Notes under the pieces: model-generated
Databases searched by the model: none
The model's input: only the letters and a program-made list of their open reading frames with translations
Told to the model about the DNA's origin: nothing
Made by a program: the position numbers and the translations under genes
Part shown: positions 1 to 9,800 of the stretch, one piece after another
Numbering within the stretch: the stretch's first letter is position 1
Layout: every line of letters begins with the position of its first letter
Assembly: GCA_031127225.1 (NCBI GenBank)
Contig: JARIEV010000001.1
Coordinates: forward strand, 4,930 to 68,929
Length of the DNA stretch: 64,000 bases
Direction: 5' to 3'
DNA from: Gemmatimonadota bacterium
GTDB lineage: Bacteria; Gemmatimonadota; Gemmatimonadetes; Gemmatimonadales; Gemmatimonadaceae

Positions 1-548
1 ACTTCAGCGGCCTGCTCGGCATGCCGCGCCGCATCTACCAGTACGATGCGGGGCAGGGTTTCGACCTGTTCAACGCGATGTCGTCGGGTGGCACGCTCAT
101 CCTGATGATCGGCACGCTGTTCGGCCTCATCAACGTCTGGAAGAGCTGGAAGGGCGGGACGCCGGCGTCGAGCAACCCGTGGGGTGCCGCGACGCTGGAG
201 TGGACGATTCCGTCGCCGCCGCCCGACTACAACTTTGCCGAACTGCCGCAGGTGAAGTCGCGCTATCCGCTCTGGAACATGAAGGGCGGTGAGAAGCTCG
301 TGCACGAGACCACGCACGAGGAGGAGAAGGGACAGCACATTCCGACGTCGCAGGAACTCGGCATCGTGATGCCGAATCCGTCGATCTGGCCGCTCATCAC
401 TGCCTTTGGGCTGATCGTGATGTTCGGCGGACTGCTGTTCATGGATGCGAGCGTTCCCACGGCCGTTGCCGTGATGCTCACGGGCACGGCGCTGTGGGTC
501 GGCTCGCTCTACACCTGGCTGCTCACGCCGCTCGAGGATCACCACTAA
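1..548 (+). CDS. ctaD: Cytochrome c oxidase subunit I, 3' part (gene starts before the window)
   Basis: FSGLLGMPRRIY motif of heme-copper oxidase subunit I, NPW..TLEW...SPPP.YNF tail, then two extra TM helices (MPNPSIWP...); directly followed by subunit III. Confidence 0.93.
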   Translation, partial: FSGLLGMPRRIYQYDAGQGFDLFNAMSSGGTLILMIGTLFGLINVWKSWKGGTPASSNPWGAATLEWTIPSPPPDYNFAELPQVKSRYPLWNMKGGEKLVHETTHEEEKGQHIPTSQELGIVMPNPSIWPLITAFGLIVMFGGLLFMDASVPTAVAVMLTGTALWVGSLYTWLLTPLEDHH

Positions 549-549
549 G

Positions 550-1245
550 ATGACCGCCACTACGGCTCCCACGACCGCCGCCCACGGCGACGGCCACGCG
601 CACGGCGGCGGCCATTACACCTCGCTCGGGCTCGACAATCGCAAAGTCGCCATTTGGACCTTCATCGGCTCCGAATGCATGCTCTTTGCGTCGCTCATCT
701 CGACGTACCTGATCTACAAGGGACGCAGCCCCGCCGGACCGTATCCGCATGAGGCGTGGACGAGTCCGACGACGGGCGAAGTGTTTCCGGCGATTCTCAA
801 CATCCCGGTGACCTCGGCGTCCACGTTCGTGCTGCTCATGTCGTCGCTGGCCATGGTGCTCGCCTTGGCTGCGGTGCAGAACAAGGACGTCCCAAAGCAC
901 ACGGCCTGGGAGCGGATCCTCGGCTCGTCGAAGATCTGGCTCTGGGCTACCTGCCTGCTCGGTATCGGTTTCCTCGGCTGTCAGGCGTACGAGTTCACGT
1001 CGTTCATTCATGAAGGGCTGACGATGCGCACGAACCTGTTCGGTTCGAGCTTCTTCACCCTGACCGGCTTCCACGGCGCGCACGTGACGGCCGGTGTGCT
1101 GTGGCTGTTCACGCTGCTCGCGATCGACTACAAGCGCGGCCTCCGTCCCTCGGACGCGTTGCTCGTCGACATCTGCGCCCTGTACTGGCACTTCGTCGAC
1201 GTGGTGTGGATCGCGATCTTCACGCTCATCTACCTGATCAAGTGA
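550..1245 (+). CDS. ctaE: Cytochrome c oxidase subunit III
   Basis: W.FIGSECMLF, FFTLTGFHGAHV, LYWHFVDVVW motifs. Confidence 0.95.
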   Translation: MTATTAPTTAAHGDGHAHGGGHYTSLGLDNRKVAIWTFIGSECMLFASLISTYLIYKGRSPAGPYPHEAWTSPTTGEVFPAILNIPVTSASTFVLLMSSLAMVLALAAVQNKDVPKHTAWERILGSSKIWLWATCLLGIGFLGCQAYEFTSFIHEGLTMRTNLFGSSFFTLTGFHGAHVTAGVLWLFTLLAIDYKRGLRPSDALLVDICALYWHFVDVVWIAIFTLIYLIK

Positions 1246-1252
1246 GGCGGTG

Positions 1253-1597
1253 ATGGCTGACCACTCCCCGGCGGCTGGACACGCCCACGACGAAGCGCAC
1301 CACCCGACCTGGACGACCTATTGGAAGATTGCCGTGATCCTCACGATCATCACGGCGGTCGAAGTCTCCGCGTACTACATCCCGGCGTGGGAAAACAGCT
1401 GGGTGTACGTGCCCAGCATGCTCATCATGTCGGCGGTCAAGTTCTACATCGTGGTGATGTACTACATGCACCTCAAGTACGACCACAAGCTGTTCCGGTC
1501 GCTGTTCACCGGCCCGCTGCTGGTGGCCGGACTGACGCTCGTCGGCCTGCTGTTCCTGTTCTCGAAGCTCGTGCTGCGCCTCGGCCTGCTCACCTAG
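1253..1597 (+). CDS. ctaF: Cytochrome c oxidase subunit IV (prokaryotic caa3 type)
   Basis: Three TM helices with KF.IVVMYYMHLKYD; position in the cox operon. Confidence 0.88.
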   Translation: MADHSPAAGHAHDEAHHPTWTTYWKIAVILTIITAVEVSAYYIPAWENSWVYVPSMLIMSAVKFYIVVMYYMHLKYDHKLFRSLFTGPLLVAGLTLVGLLFLFSKLVLRLGLLT

Positions 1598-1701
1598 CGG
1601 CGAGATCGCGCGTCACCAGAACATGTGGCCAGACATCAGCGTTCAGCTGGTGTCTGGCCACTTTCGGTTCTACCCTGCCCGCTGTCGTGTAACTTTCCCA
1701 T

Positions 1702-2622
1702 ATGATCGCGCTCTTGTTGCATCCCTCGGCCCAGCTCAGCTGGTCGAATTTCACGGTCCACCCCAGTACGGCGATCGGTATCGCCGCCATTGGCGCGGCC
1801 TACATCTGGCGCGTGCGTCAGGGTCCGTCCGCGCTCGATCGGGTGCCGGCGACGGTGCGGGACGTGGCGCAGGCCACCAGCGCCCAGGGCGAGGCGGCCG
1901 CCGCGCCGCCGGGGCCCACGTCCGGGCAGCGACTCAGTTTCGTGACCTCATTGCTGCTGCTGTTTCTGACGCTGAACGGACCGCTGCACGATCTGAGCGA
2001 CTACTACCTGTTCAGCGGCCACATGGTGCAGCACCTCATCCTCACGCTCATCGTGCCGCCGCTCATGATCGTGGGCACGCCGGGATGGATGCTGCGGCCG
2101 CTGCTGCGCCGCCCCACCCTCTTCGCGCTGGCACGGCGCGGCACGACGATCGGGGCTTGCTTTGCGATCTTCAACGTGGTCCTCGCGTTCTGGCACCTGC
2201 CGCCGATGTACAATCTGGCGCTGGCCAATCATCCAATTCACATCGTCCAGCACCTGATGTTCATTGCGGCCTCGGTGCTGATGTGGTGGCCGCTCACGTC
2301 GCCGCTCCCCGAGCTGCCGCGCGCACCGTATCCGGCGCAGATGTTGTACTGCTTCGTGATGGTCATCCCGATGTCGGTCATCTCGATCTACATCGCCATG
2401 GCTGATACGCTGCTGTATCCGGCGTATGCCGTGGCCCCGCGGATTCTGGGGATCACGCCCATGATGGACCAACAGTACGGCGGGCTGATCATGTGGATTC
2501 CCGGCGGCGTCTTTTTCTATGCGGTGATGACGGTGGTGTTCTTCAAGTGGTCGCAGCGGGGCGAGGATGATCAAGACAGTGCGCAGGTGGGTTGGGTGCC
2601 TGCCGCGGACGCGGTGACCTGA
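1702..2622 (+). CDS. ctaG: Cytochrome c oxidase assembly factor, Caa3_CtaG family
   Basis: LFSGHMVQHL, WHLP, HIVQH, DQQYGGLIMWIPG motifs. Confidence 0.9.
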   Translation: MIALLLHPSAQLSWSNFTVHPSTAIGIAAIGAAYIWRVRQGPSALDRVPATVRDVAQATSAQGEAAAAPPGPTSGQRLSFVTSLLLLFLTLNGPLHDLSDYYLFSGHMVQHLILTLIVPPLMIVGTPGWMLRPLLRRPTLFALARRGTTIGACFAIFNVVLAFWHLPPMYNLALANHPIHIVQHLMFIAASVLMWWPLTSPLPELPRAPYPAQMLYCFVMVIPMSVISIYIAMADTLLYPAYAVAPRILGITPMMDQQYGGLIMWIPGGVFFYAVMTVVFFKWSQRGEDDQDSAQVGWVPAADAVT

Positions 2623-3158
2623 TGGCGGGCAAGAAGTCGGTGGCGAAACGGCACGTAGGCAAGGACGCCCCGCGCGTTGCGCCCAAGAAAAACGCGGCGG
2701 CCGCCGAGAAGAAGTTCGGCAAGGCCGCGCGTCAGGCGGCCGAGAAGGGCGGGAAGAAGCCGGGGGCCTGGCGGGATGCCGAGCAGCCGCGCGCTTCGCG
2801 CGTGTCGCGCGCGGCGGCCGTCACTCCGCCTGAGGCGCTCGGATCGGTGGCGGTGACGGTGTCCCGCACCCTCGATGCCTCGCCCAGTGAAGTGTTCCGC
2901 GCCTTCAACGACCCCTCACGTCGGCAGTGGAGCACGGCGCAGGGCTACCGCGTGGTCAGTGCCGTGGCGCCGCGATTCCTCCGCCTGATGATGCACGACG
3001 GGACGTTGGTGAGCGTGTCCGTCACCCGGAAGGGGAATGCACGCTGCGCGGTGGACCTCGAACATGCCCGCCTGCCCGACGTCGCCGCCGGTGAGGCGGC
3101 GAAGGTGGAGTGGCGCCTTGGGCTCGAACGGATGGCGGAGCTGCTCGACGCATTCTAG
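2622..3158 (+). CDS. Hypothetical protein: Lys/Ala-rich N-terminus plus SRPBCC/AHSA1-like domain
   Basis: ATG overlaps the ctaG stop (TGATG); VSRTLDASPSEVFRAF.DP..R.QW and C-terminal W...LERM resemble START/AHSA1 folds. Confidence 0.6.
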   Translation: MAGKKSVAKRHVGKDAPRVAPKKNAAAAEKKFGKAARQAAEKGGKKPGAWRDAEQPRASRVSRAAAVTPPEALGSVAVTVSRTLDASPSEVFRAFNDPSRRQWSTAQGYRVVSAVAPRFLRLMMHDGTLVSVSVTRKGNARCAVDLEHARLPDVAAGEAAKVEWRLGLERMAELLDAF

Positions 3159-3310
3159 GCACGCGCGGCGACCTGTACGCGACGACCGATGCGCGGCGAG
3201 GCCCATCGCGGGTCTCCCCCTCGACAAACTTCGTCGGCGCGGTACATACCAGTGGTGTGCTGCGCGCGGTTCGCCGCGTGCGAATCCGTCACCCCATCCC
3301 GAGCCCTGCC

Positions 3311-3862
3311 ATGATCCGCGCGTTCCGACACTCGGTGGCCACGTTGCTGACCGCCACCGGTCCGGCGCTTTTTCTGCTGGCGGCGTGCGGCGGTGGCGCC
3401 ACGGCCGAACGCGCGCGGGTTGCGGACTCCGTGGCCGCGGCCGGCCCGTCGTGCGTGAGCACGGATACGACGCCCGTCGGACTGGCGGTGCTCGACTTCA
3501 TCACGACGGCGCAGCCGCTCCCCAAGCGTTTCCTCAGTGCGGCCGGCACCGACTCCGCGGTTCCCGATGACGGCTTCAAGGTGCTGCAGGAGAAGGGCCC
3601 CACCTACTTCTACAGCAGCGATACCGTCGCGCAGCGGAAGATTCGTGAGAAGCTCGAAGAGGTCGGCCCCTATCCGTCGATGCTGGTCGTGTTCCGCGGC
3701 ACCAGCGAGACCGATCCCGGGAAGACCGTGACGGTACGACTCGGGGGGCACTACGTGGGGGGGGACGACCACGGAAAGCCAGCGCCTACGCGCGCCTACG
3801 ACGTGCAATGCGAGCCCGCCGGATGGAAGATCGCCGCGTCCAAAACCGAGGCCGGCACGTGA
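3311..3862 (+). CDS. Putative lipoprotein of unknown function
   Basis: Lipobox LLAAC after a hydrophobic stretch; GC-rich third codon positions; stop overlaps the next start. Confidence 0.7.
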   Translation: MIRAFRHSVATLLTATGPALFLLAACGGGATAERARVADSVAAAGPSCVSTDTTPVGLAVLDFITTAQPLPKRFLSAAGTDSAVPDDGFKVLQEKGPTYFYSSDTVAQRKIREKLEEVGPYPSMLVVFRGTSETDPGKTVTVRLGGHYVGGDDHGKPAPTRAYDVQCEPAGWKIAASKTEAGT

Positions 3863-5052
3863 CGGTGGCGCGCCCGGAGCGGCTCATCTCGCTGGACGTG
3901 TTCCGCGGCATGACCGTGGCGGGCATGCTGCTGGTGAACAATCCGGGGACCTGGACGGCGATCTACGCACCACTTGCGCATGCGCCGTGGCATGGGTGGA
4001 CGCCCACCGACCTCATTTTCCCGTTCTTCCTGTTCATCGTCGGGATCACCACCGAACTCTCGCTGCGCGCGCGCCGTGCACGTGGCGACGACGACCGGGC
4101 GATACTGCGCCAGATTCTCCGTCGCGGCGCGCTCATCTTCCTGTTCGGCTTCCTGCTCTCGGGCTTCCCCTTCTTCACGTGGCCGCCCGCGCTCCCCGAC
4201 GACTCGTTGTTCGAACGGGTGGTGCACCGCATCGAGCACTGGCGTGTGCTCGGCGTGCTGCAGCGCATCGGCCTCGCGTATCTGTGTGGTGGATTGCTCA
4301 CGTGGCGCACGACGCTGCGCCAGCAGATCGTGCTGCTCGCGGTGCTGCTGCTGGGGTACTGGGCGCTGATGACCCTTGTGCCGGTGCCTGATACGGGCAT
4401 CGCCGGACGCTTCGTGCTGGACAAGCCGGACCAGTTGCTGAGCGCGTGGCTCGACCGCACCGTCCTTGGCACCGATCATCTGTGGGCGGGTGGCCGGACG
4501 TGGGATCCGGAGGGGCTGCTCAGTACGATGCCCGCCGTCGGCACGATGCTGCTGGGTACATTCGCCGGACGATGGATCGCGCGGGAGGAGCTGTCGTTGG
4601 CTGAGCGACTGTGCGGACTGTTTGCTGTCGGTGCGCTCACGATGGTGGTCGGCCTGATGTGGCACTGGGCCTTCCCGATCAACAAGAACCTCTGGACCAG
4701 TTCCTACGTGCTGTTCACCGCCGGCATGGGCGCCGTCGCGCTGGCTACGTGCATGTGGGTGATTGACCTCATGCAGGTCCGGCGCTGGACGTTTCCGTTG
4801 GTCGTGTATGGCATGAATCCGATGCTCGCGTTTCTGGGGTCGGGGCTGATGGCTCGGATCACGTCGTCGATCTGGACCTGGGAGACCGCCGCGGGGACAC
4901 GGATCTCTGCGCAGGGCTTCGTGTTCAATACGCTGTATGCGTCGTGGCTTCCGCCACATGCGGCGTCGTTCGCCTACGCGCTCAGCTTCGTCGCGCTCTG
5001 GTTTCTGATTCTTCGAAGCGCGTGGACGCGCGGGTTCGTCCTCAAGGTGTGA
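3859..5052 (+). CDS. Heparan-alpha-glucosaminide N-acetyltransferase-like (NagX/DUF5009) membrane protein
   Basis: RLISLDVFRG, HAPWHGWTPTDLIFPFFLF, GVLQRIG, DPEGLLST, PINKNLWTSSY. Confidence 0.88.
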   Translation: MTVARPERLISLDVFRGMTVAGMLLVNNPGTWTAIYAPLAHAPWHGWTPTDLIFPFFLFIVGITTELSLRARRARGDDDRAILRQILRRGALIFLFGFLLSGFPFFTWPPALPDDSLFERVVHRIEHWRVLGVLQRIGLAYLCGGLLTWRTTLRQQIVLLAVLLLGYWALMTLVPVPDTGIAGRFVLDKPDQLLSAWLDRTVLGTDHLWAGGRTWDPEGLLSTMPAVGTMLLGTFAGRWIAREELSLAERLCGLFAVGALTMVVGLMWHWAFPINKNLWTSSYVLFTAGMGAVALATCMWVIDLMQVRRWTFPLVVYGMNPMLAFLGSGLMARITSSIWTWETAAGTRISAQGFVFNTLYASWLPPHAASFAYALSFVALWFLILRSAWTRGFVLKV

Positions 5053-6755
5053 TGATGACCATCGCCATGTTCCGCTCAGCACGCGGTCGGGCGCGCACGG
5101 GAGCGCGCGCCCTCGCGCTGTCCCTGCGTCTCGCCGTGCTGCTGGTGTTGCCGGGGTCGATGCCGGCGTACCCGTCGCCCGTACCGGTGACGGCCATGCT
5201 GCCGGCGACGGCGGCCGCGGCGCCGTATCGTGCCGCTCAGCCCCCGAAGCGCACCGCCACGGCCAAGAAGGCCCCGGTCAAGCGCAGCAGTACGCGGACA
5301 ACCACGCGGAGTTCGCGTGCCCGCGCGAGCCGGGCGCGCGCACCGATCGTTCCCGTGCTGCGTTTCACGTCCCCACGCGGCGACGCCGCGCTGACGAGTG
5401 ATCTCACGACGCTGCTGGGCAGCCGCACGCGCAACGGGGAATGGGGCGCGATGGTGGTGAGCATCTCGCGAGGCGATACGCTGTTCGCCCACGGGGCCGA
5501 CCGCTCACTGGTGCCCGCCAGCACGATGAAGCTGTTCACGTCGGCGATTGCGCTCGAGAAACTCGGACCTGAACACACGTTTCGCACCGACGTGCTGCGT
5601 GACGGTACACTCGAGGCGGGGGGTGTCGTGCGCGGCAATCTCGTGCTCCGTGGTGACGGGGATCCATCGATGTCTCCGCGCTTCGTGCGTGGTGGGCCTG
5701 AGGCCGCGATGACGATGCTCGCGCGGTTCGTGGCCGGTGCGGGGATCACGCGGGTGACCGGTGATCTCATTGCCGATGCCTCCGCCATGGAGGCGCGCGG
5801 CATTCCCGAAGGGTGGCTGTCGCGCTACGCGGGGGCTGGGTACGCCGCGCCGTTCTCGGCGCTTACGCTCAACGAGAACATCGTGATCGTGGGGGTCAGT
5901 GCCGGTGCCGCCGGCACCGCTGGTCGCGTCTTCCTTGAGCCGGCCACGAGCGGCCTCGTGATCACGAACACGGTGCGGACGGTCGCGGGGAGCGGCGCCC
6001 GTATTTCAGCACGCCGCGTCGGGAATGACCGCGTCGTCGTGTCGGGTACGATCGGAGCGCGGGCCGGCACCCGACGCTATCAGCTGGTCGTGGGCGATCC
6101 GGTCACGTTCACGGCGGGGGCCTTCCGGGCCGCGCTCGAAGCGCAGGGGGTCGCGGTGGACGGCGCGCTGCGGGCTGGGCGCACGCCTTCCGCCGCGACG
6201 CTCGTGACCACGCTGCCGTCGCCCCCGCTCGCACGGCTGGTGTCGGTGATGAACCGCGAGAGCATCAATATTTATGCCGAGTTGCTTTTCCGCGGGGCGG
6301 CCCGTGGTGCTGACCGGCAGACGCTTGGTTCGGCCGAGAATGCCTCGTCTGCGTTGCATGAGTTTCTGGTGACGCAGGTCGGCGCGGCAGCCGACGCCGT
6401 TCGTGCGACGGACGGCAGCGGGCTCTCGGTGCTCGATCGCGTGACACCGCGGGCCTTGGTGCAGTTGCTGTCCCACGCGCACGGCACGCCGTGGGGGAGC
6501 GCCTTTCACGCGTCGCTGCCGGTGGCGGGTGAGTCTGAGCTACTCCGGAACCGCATGCGCGCCACGCCGGCGCAGGGGAACCTGCATGCCAAGACGGGCA
6601 CGACGAACGATGTGATCGGCTTGTCCGGTTACGTCACGGCGGAGAACGGCGAGATTCTGGCCTTTGCGTTCCTGTACAACGGCAAGGATCGCTGGCACGC
6701 CCGGGAAACCATCGATGCCATGGGACCGACCATGGCCGCCTTCTCGCGGGAGTAA
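5052..6755 (+). CDS. dacB: D-alanyl-D-alanine carboxypeptidase/endopeptidase (PBP4, peptidase S13)
   Basis: SxxK (PASTMK), SxN (SIN), KTG (AKTGT), DGSGLS. Confidence 0.92.
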   Translation: MMTIAMFRSARGRARTGARALALSLRLAVLLVLPGSMPAYPSPVPVTAMLPATAAAAPYRAAQPPKRTATAKKAPVKRSSTRTTTRSSRARASRARAPIVPVLRFTSPRGDAALTSDLTTLLGSRTRNGEWGAMVVSISRGDTLFAHGADRSLVPASTMKLFTSAIALEKLGPEHTFRTDVLRDGTLEAGGVVRGNLVLRGDGDPSMSPRFVRGGPEAAMTMLARFVAGAGITRVTGDLIADASAMEARGIPEGWLSRYAGAGYAAPFSALTLNENIVIVGVSAGAAGTAGRVFLEPATSGLVITNTVRTVAGSGARISARRVGNDRVVVSGTIGARAGTRRYQLVVGDPVTFTAGAFRAALEAQGVAVDGALRAGRTPSAATLVTTLPSPPLARLVSVMNRESINIYAELLFRGAARGADRQTLGSAENASSALHEFLVTQVGAAADAVRATDGSGLSVLDRVTPRALVQLLSHAHGTPWGSAFHASLPVAGESELLRNRMRATPAQGNLHAKTGTTNDVIGLSGYVTAENGEILAFAFLYNGKDRWHARETIDAMGPTMAAFSRE

Positions 6756-6816
6756 TGGCCCGCGGGGCGGCATCACGTCGATGCCGCCCCTGTGTGGACC
6801 ACCTGCTGTGGTGCGA

Positions 6817-9800
6817 TCAGCGCAGGGTCCGTCCCCCGTGCGCACGGCGGTGCGCGCCACTGGGGAGCGGCTTCGGCACGGATCGGACGCCGACCGCGGG
6901 ATCAAGATCGATGCCGCGCGTGACACGGAGTGCCCGGGCCATGCCCGTGGTGAAGGCGCCGCCGTTCGATCCCGCGACGACGGTGCTGTTGTACCCCACC
7001 GCAAAGGCGCCGCCCAAGCCCGTGGGTGCTCCGGTCACGCTGGTCAGCCCATCGGTCGTACCGGTCGCGAGCGTACTCCACGCGCTGCCGTTGTAGCGCA
7101 GCAGTGTGCCTTGGTCGCCCGTGACATACAGGTCCGAGGCGCTCGTCCCCCACACCGACGTGAGAACCCGGCTGCTGCCGGTGCTGAGTGCACTCCACGT
7201 GCTGCCGCTGAGCGCGAAGGCGATGCCGCCCGTACCCGCGGCGTTGGCGCCGACGGCCGTCGCCCCCGCACCGCCCGCCCATACGCCGGCCAGCGTGCCC
7301 GTGGTGCTCACCGGTGCCGTGCTCCAGCTGCTCCCCGCCAAGCGGACGGCCGCGCCATTCTCGCCGGTCGCGATGATGTTCGTGGCCGACGTGCCGGAGA
7401 TTGCTAACAAGGCTCTCGTCGCGGTGGTCGCCACCGACCACACACTCCCGTTGAAGCGCAGCACCGCACCATCCGAGGTCACGGCGTACACGTTGGAGGC
7501 ACTGGAGCCCCAGAGCCCGTACACCGTGGCCGACGACGGAAAGCTCATGGCGGTCCACGAGGTGCCGTTGAAGCGCAGCATGGTCCCGTTGTCCCCGCCG
7601 GCGAAGGCCTCGGTGGCACTCGCCCCCCACACGGCGTTCAGCGTGACTGTGGTGGGTGTCGTATTCCGTGACCAGCTCGCTCCGTTCCATTGGTAGACAA
7701 AGCCGAACTCGCCGACGGCCCAGGTGTTGGTGGGCGATGTCGACCAGACGTCGAGCAAGTCCGGAGCGAGCGCCAGCGTTGCCCACGTGGTGCCGGTGCG
7801 CCGCTGCACGCTGCCGCGCTGACCACCGACCCACAGCGCACCCGTTGGATCGGTGGACACCGCGAACAGCCGCGGCGCATACGGCGTGGAAATGCGCGAC
7901 AGCGTGCCGGCAACCACGAGCAGCAGGCCGTCGTCGCTGGCCACGAAGAACCGCGGATCCGATGGCGCGATGGCGGTGACGCCGTATAGATCGGCGACGA
8001 TGCCACCGTTGGCGACCTGCGTCCAGGTAGTGCCGTTGTACGACAGCACCGTGCCACCGTTGCCCACGGCGACGACGCTCGTGGTCGACGCGCCCGCAAC
8101 GCTGGTGAGTGACTCGATCGTTGGGGCCGACTGACGCGACCAGCTTCCATTGAGGAAGCGTAGCACCGTGCCGCTGCCGCCGACCGCGAACGCCGTGCCA
8201 CCGCTCGCCCAGACGCTGGTGAGCGTTTCCGTGGCCCCCGTGCTGCCCACGGTCCAGTTGCTGCCATTCCAGCGGAGTGCCGTGCCATTCGCACCCACGG
8301 CGAACGCGCTGGTACTGCTCTCCACGAAAATGCCATTCAGTCGATTGGTGGTGCCCGAGGTGACTGCGTTCCAATTCGTACCGTCGAAGCGCACGATGAC
8401 GCCGTTGGTGCCAACGGCCATCGATGTCGCCGCCGTCGTGCCGTGCACGGCCACGAACTGCGTGCCGAACTGTGCCCCGCGCGCGGAGAGCGACCACCCC
8501 CCTCCGTTCCAGCGGAACAGGTCGCCCAGGACGTTCACCGCGAAGCCCGTGGAGGCGTTGATGCCGCTAATGGACACGACGTCTTCATAAAGCGCGCCGC
8601 CCAGCCGCGTGGCCGCCCAGCTGTTCGCGAGACCACTCACGACGGTGACCGCCGTCGTGTCACGCCGCGTGGTGTCGGCCACCGCCATCGTGATGATGCT
8701 CGCGGAGCCGCTCGCGATGGCCGTCACCAACCCCGCCGCGCTGACACTGGCAACGGCACTGTTGCTCGACCGATAGGAGACATCCGTGGACACGCCGGCG
8801 TCGGCGACCACCGTGGGCACCAGCTGGACGGTCTGCCCGGCCAGCACGACCGATGCGGTCGGTGTGACGGTCACGGAGCGCACGCTCGGTGCCACGGTGA
8901 TCGAAGCGGTGGCGCGGCGCGTGGTATCGGCCACGGACACGGCGGTGACGGCCGCCGTCCCCAGCGAGACACCGGTGACTACGCCGCCGGAGGAGACTGT
9001 TGCCACGGCCGCGTTGCTGCTGCGCCACGTGACGGCGGTGGAGGCCCCGTTGTCCAGCGCCACCGTGGCCACCAGCGTGCGGGTCCCGCCGACACCGACG
9101 GTCGCGGCGGTGGGGGAGACGCTTACGGCCGCCGCGCGCACCGTCACGAGTGCGGTGCTGCGCTTGGTGCTGTCGGCGGCGGAGAGGGCGGTGATGGTGG
9201 CCGTGCCCGGCGCGATCGCGCTCACGAGTCCGGTGTTCGAGACCGTCGCCACGGCGGCACTGCTGCTCCGCCAGAGCACCGTCTGCGACGCACCCGGATC
9301 CCCGGTCACGGTCACCGCGAACTGCCGCGTGTCACCGGTGAACATCGTGGCCGTCCCTGGGGTCACGTCCACGGTGCGCACTGTCGGTGCCACCGTGATT
9401 GAGGCGGTCGCACGTCGGGTGGTGTCGGCCACGGACACGACGGTGACGTCGGTCGTGCCGAGCCCGACTCCGGTGACCACACCGCCGGTGGAGACCGTCG
9501 CCACGGCGGGATTGCTGCTGCGCCACGTCACGGCCGTGGAGAGCCCGTTGTCGGCCGTCACGGTTGCCACGAGGGTCCGGGTGCCGCCGATGGCGATGGT
9601 GGCGGCGGTGGGCGAGACGCTCACGGCCACCGTGCGCACGGTGAACACCGAGGTGCCGCGCTTGGTCGTATCGGCGGCGGAGACGGCCGTGATGGTCGCG
9701 GTGCCGGACGCGATGCCGCTCACGAGCCCCGTGCTCGAGACGGTCGCCACGGTCGCATTGCTGCTCCGCCAGAGCACCGCCTGCGACGCGCCCGGATCAG

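Noticed and set aside
6817-6910. LPSGA as a sortase LPxTG signal
   Set aside because: No following hydrophobic TM helix, the proteins already have lipoboxes, and the organism is diderm (TolC genes)
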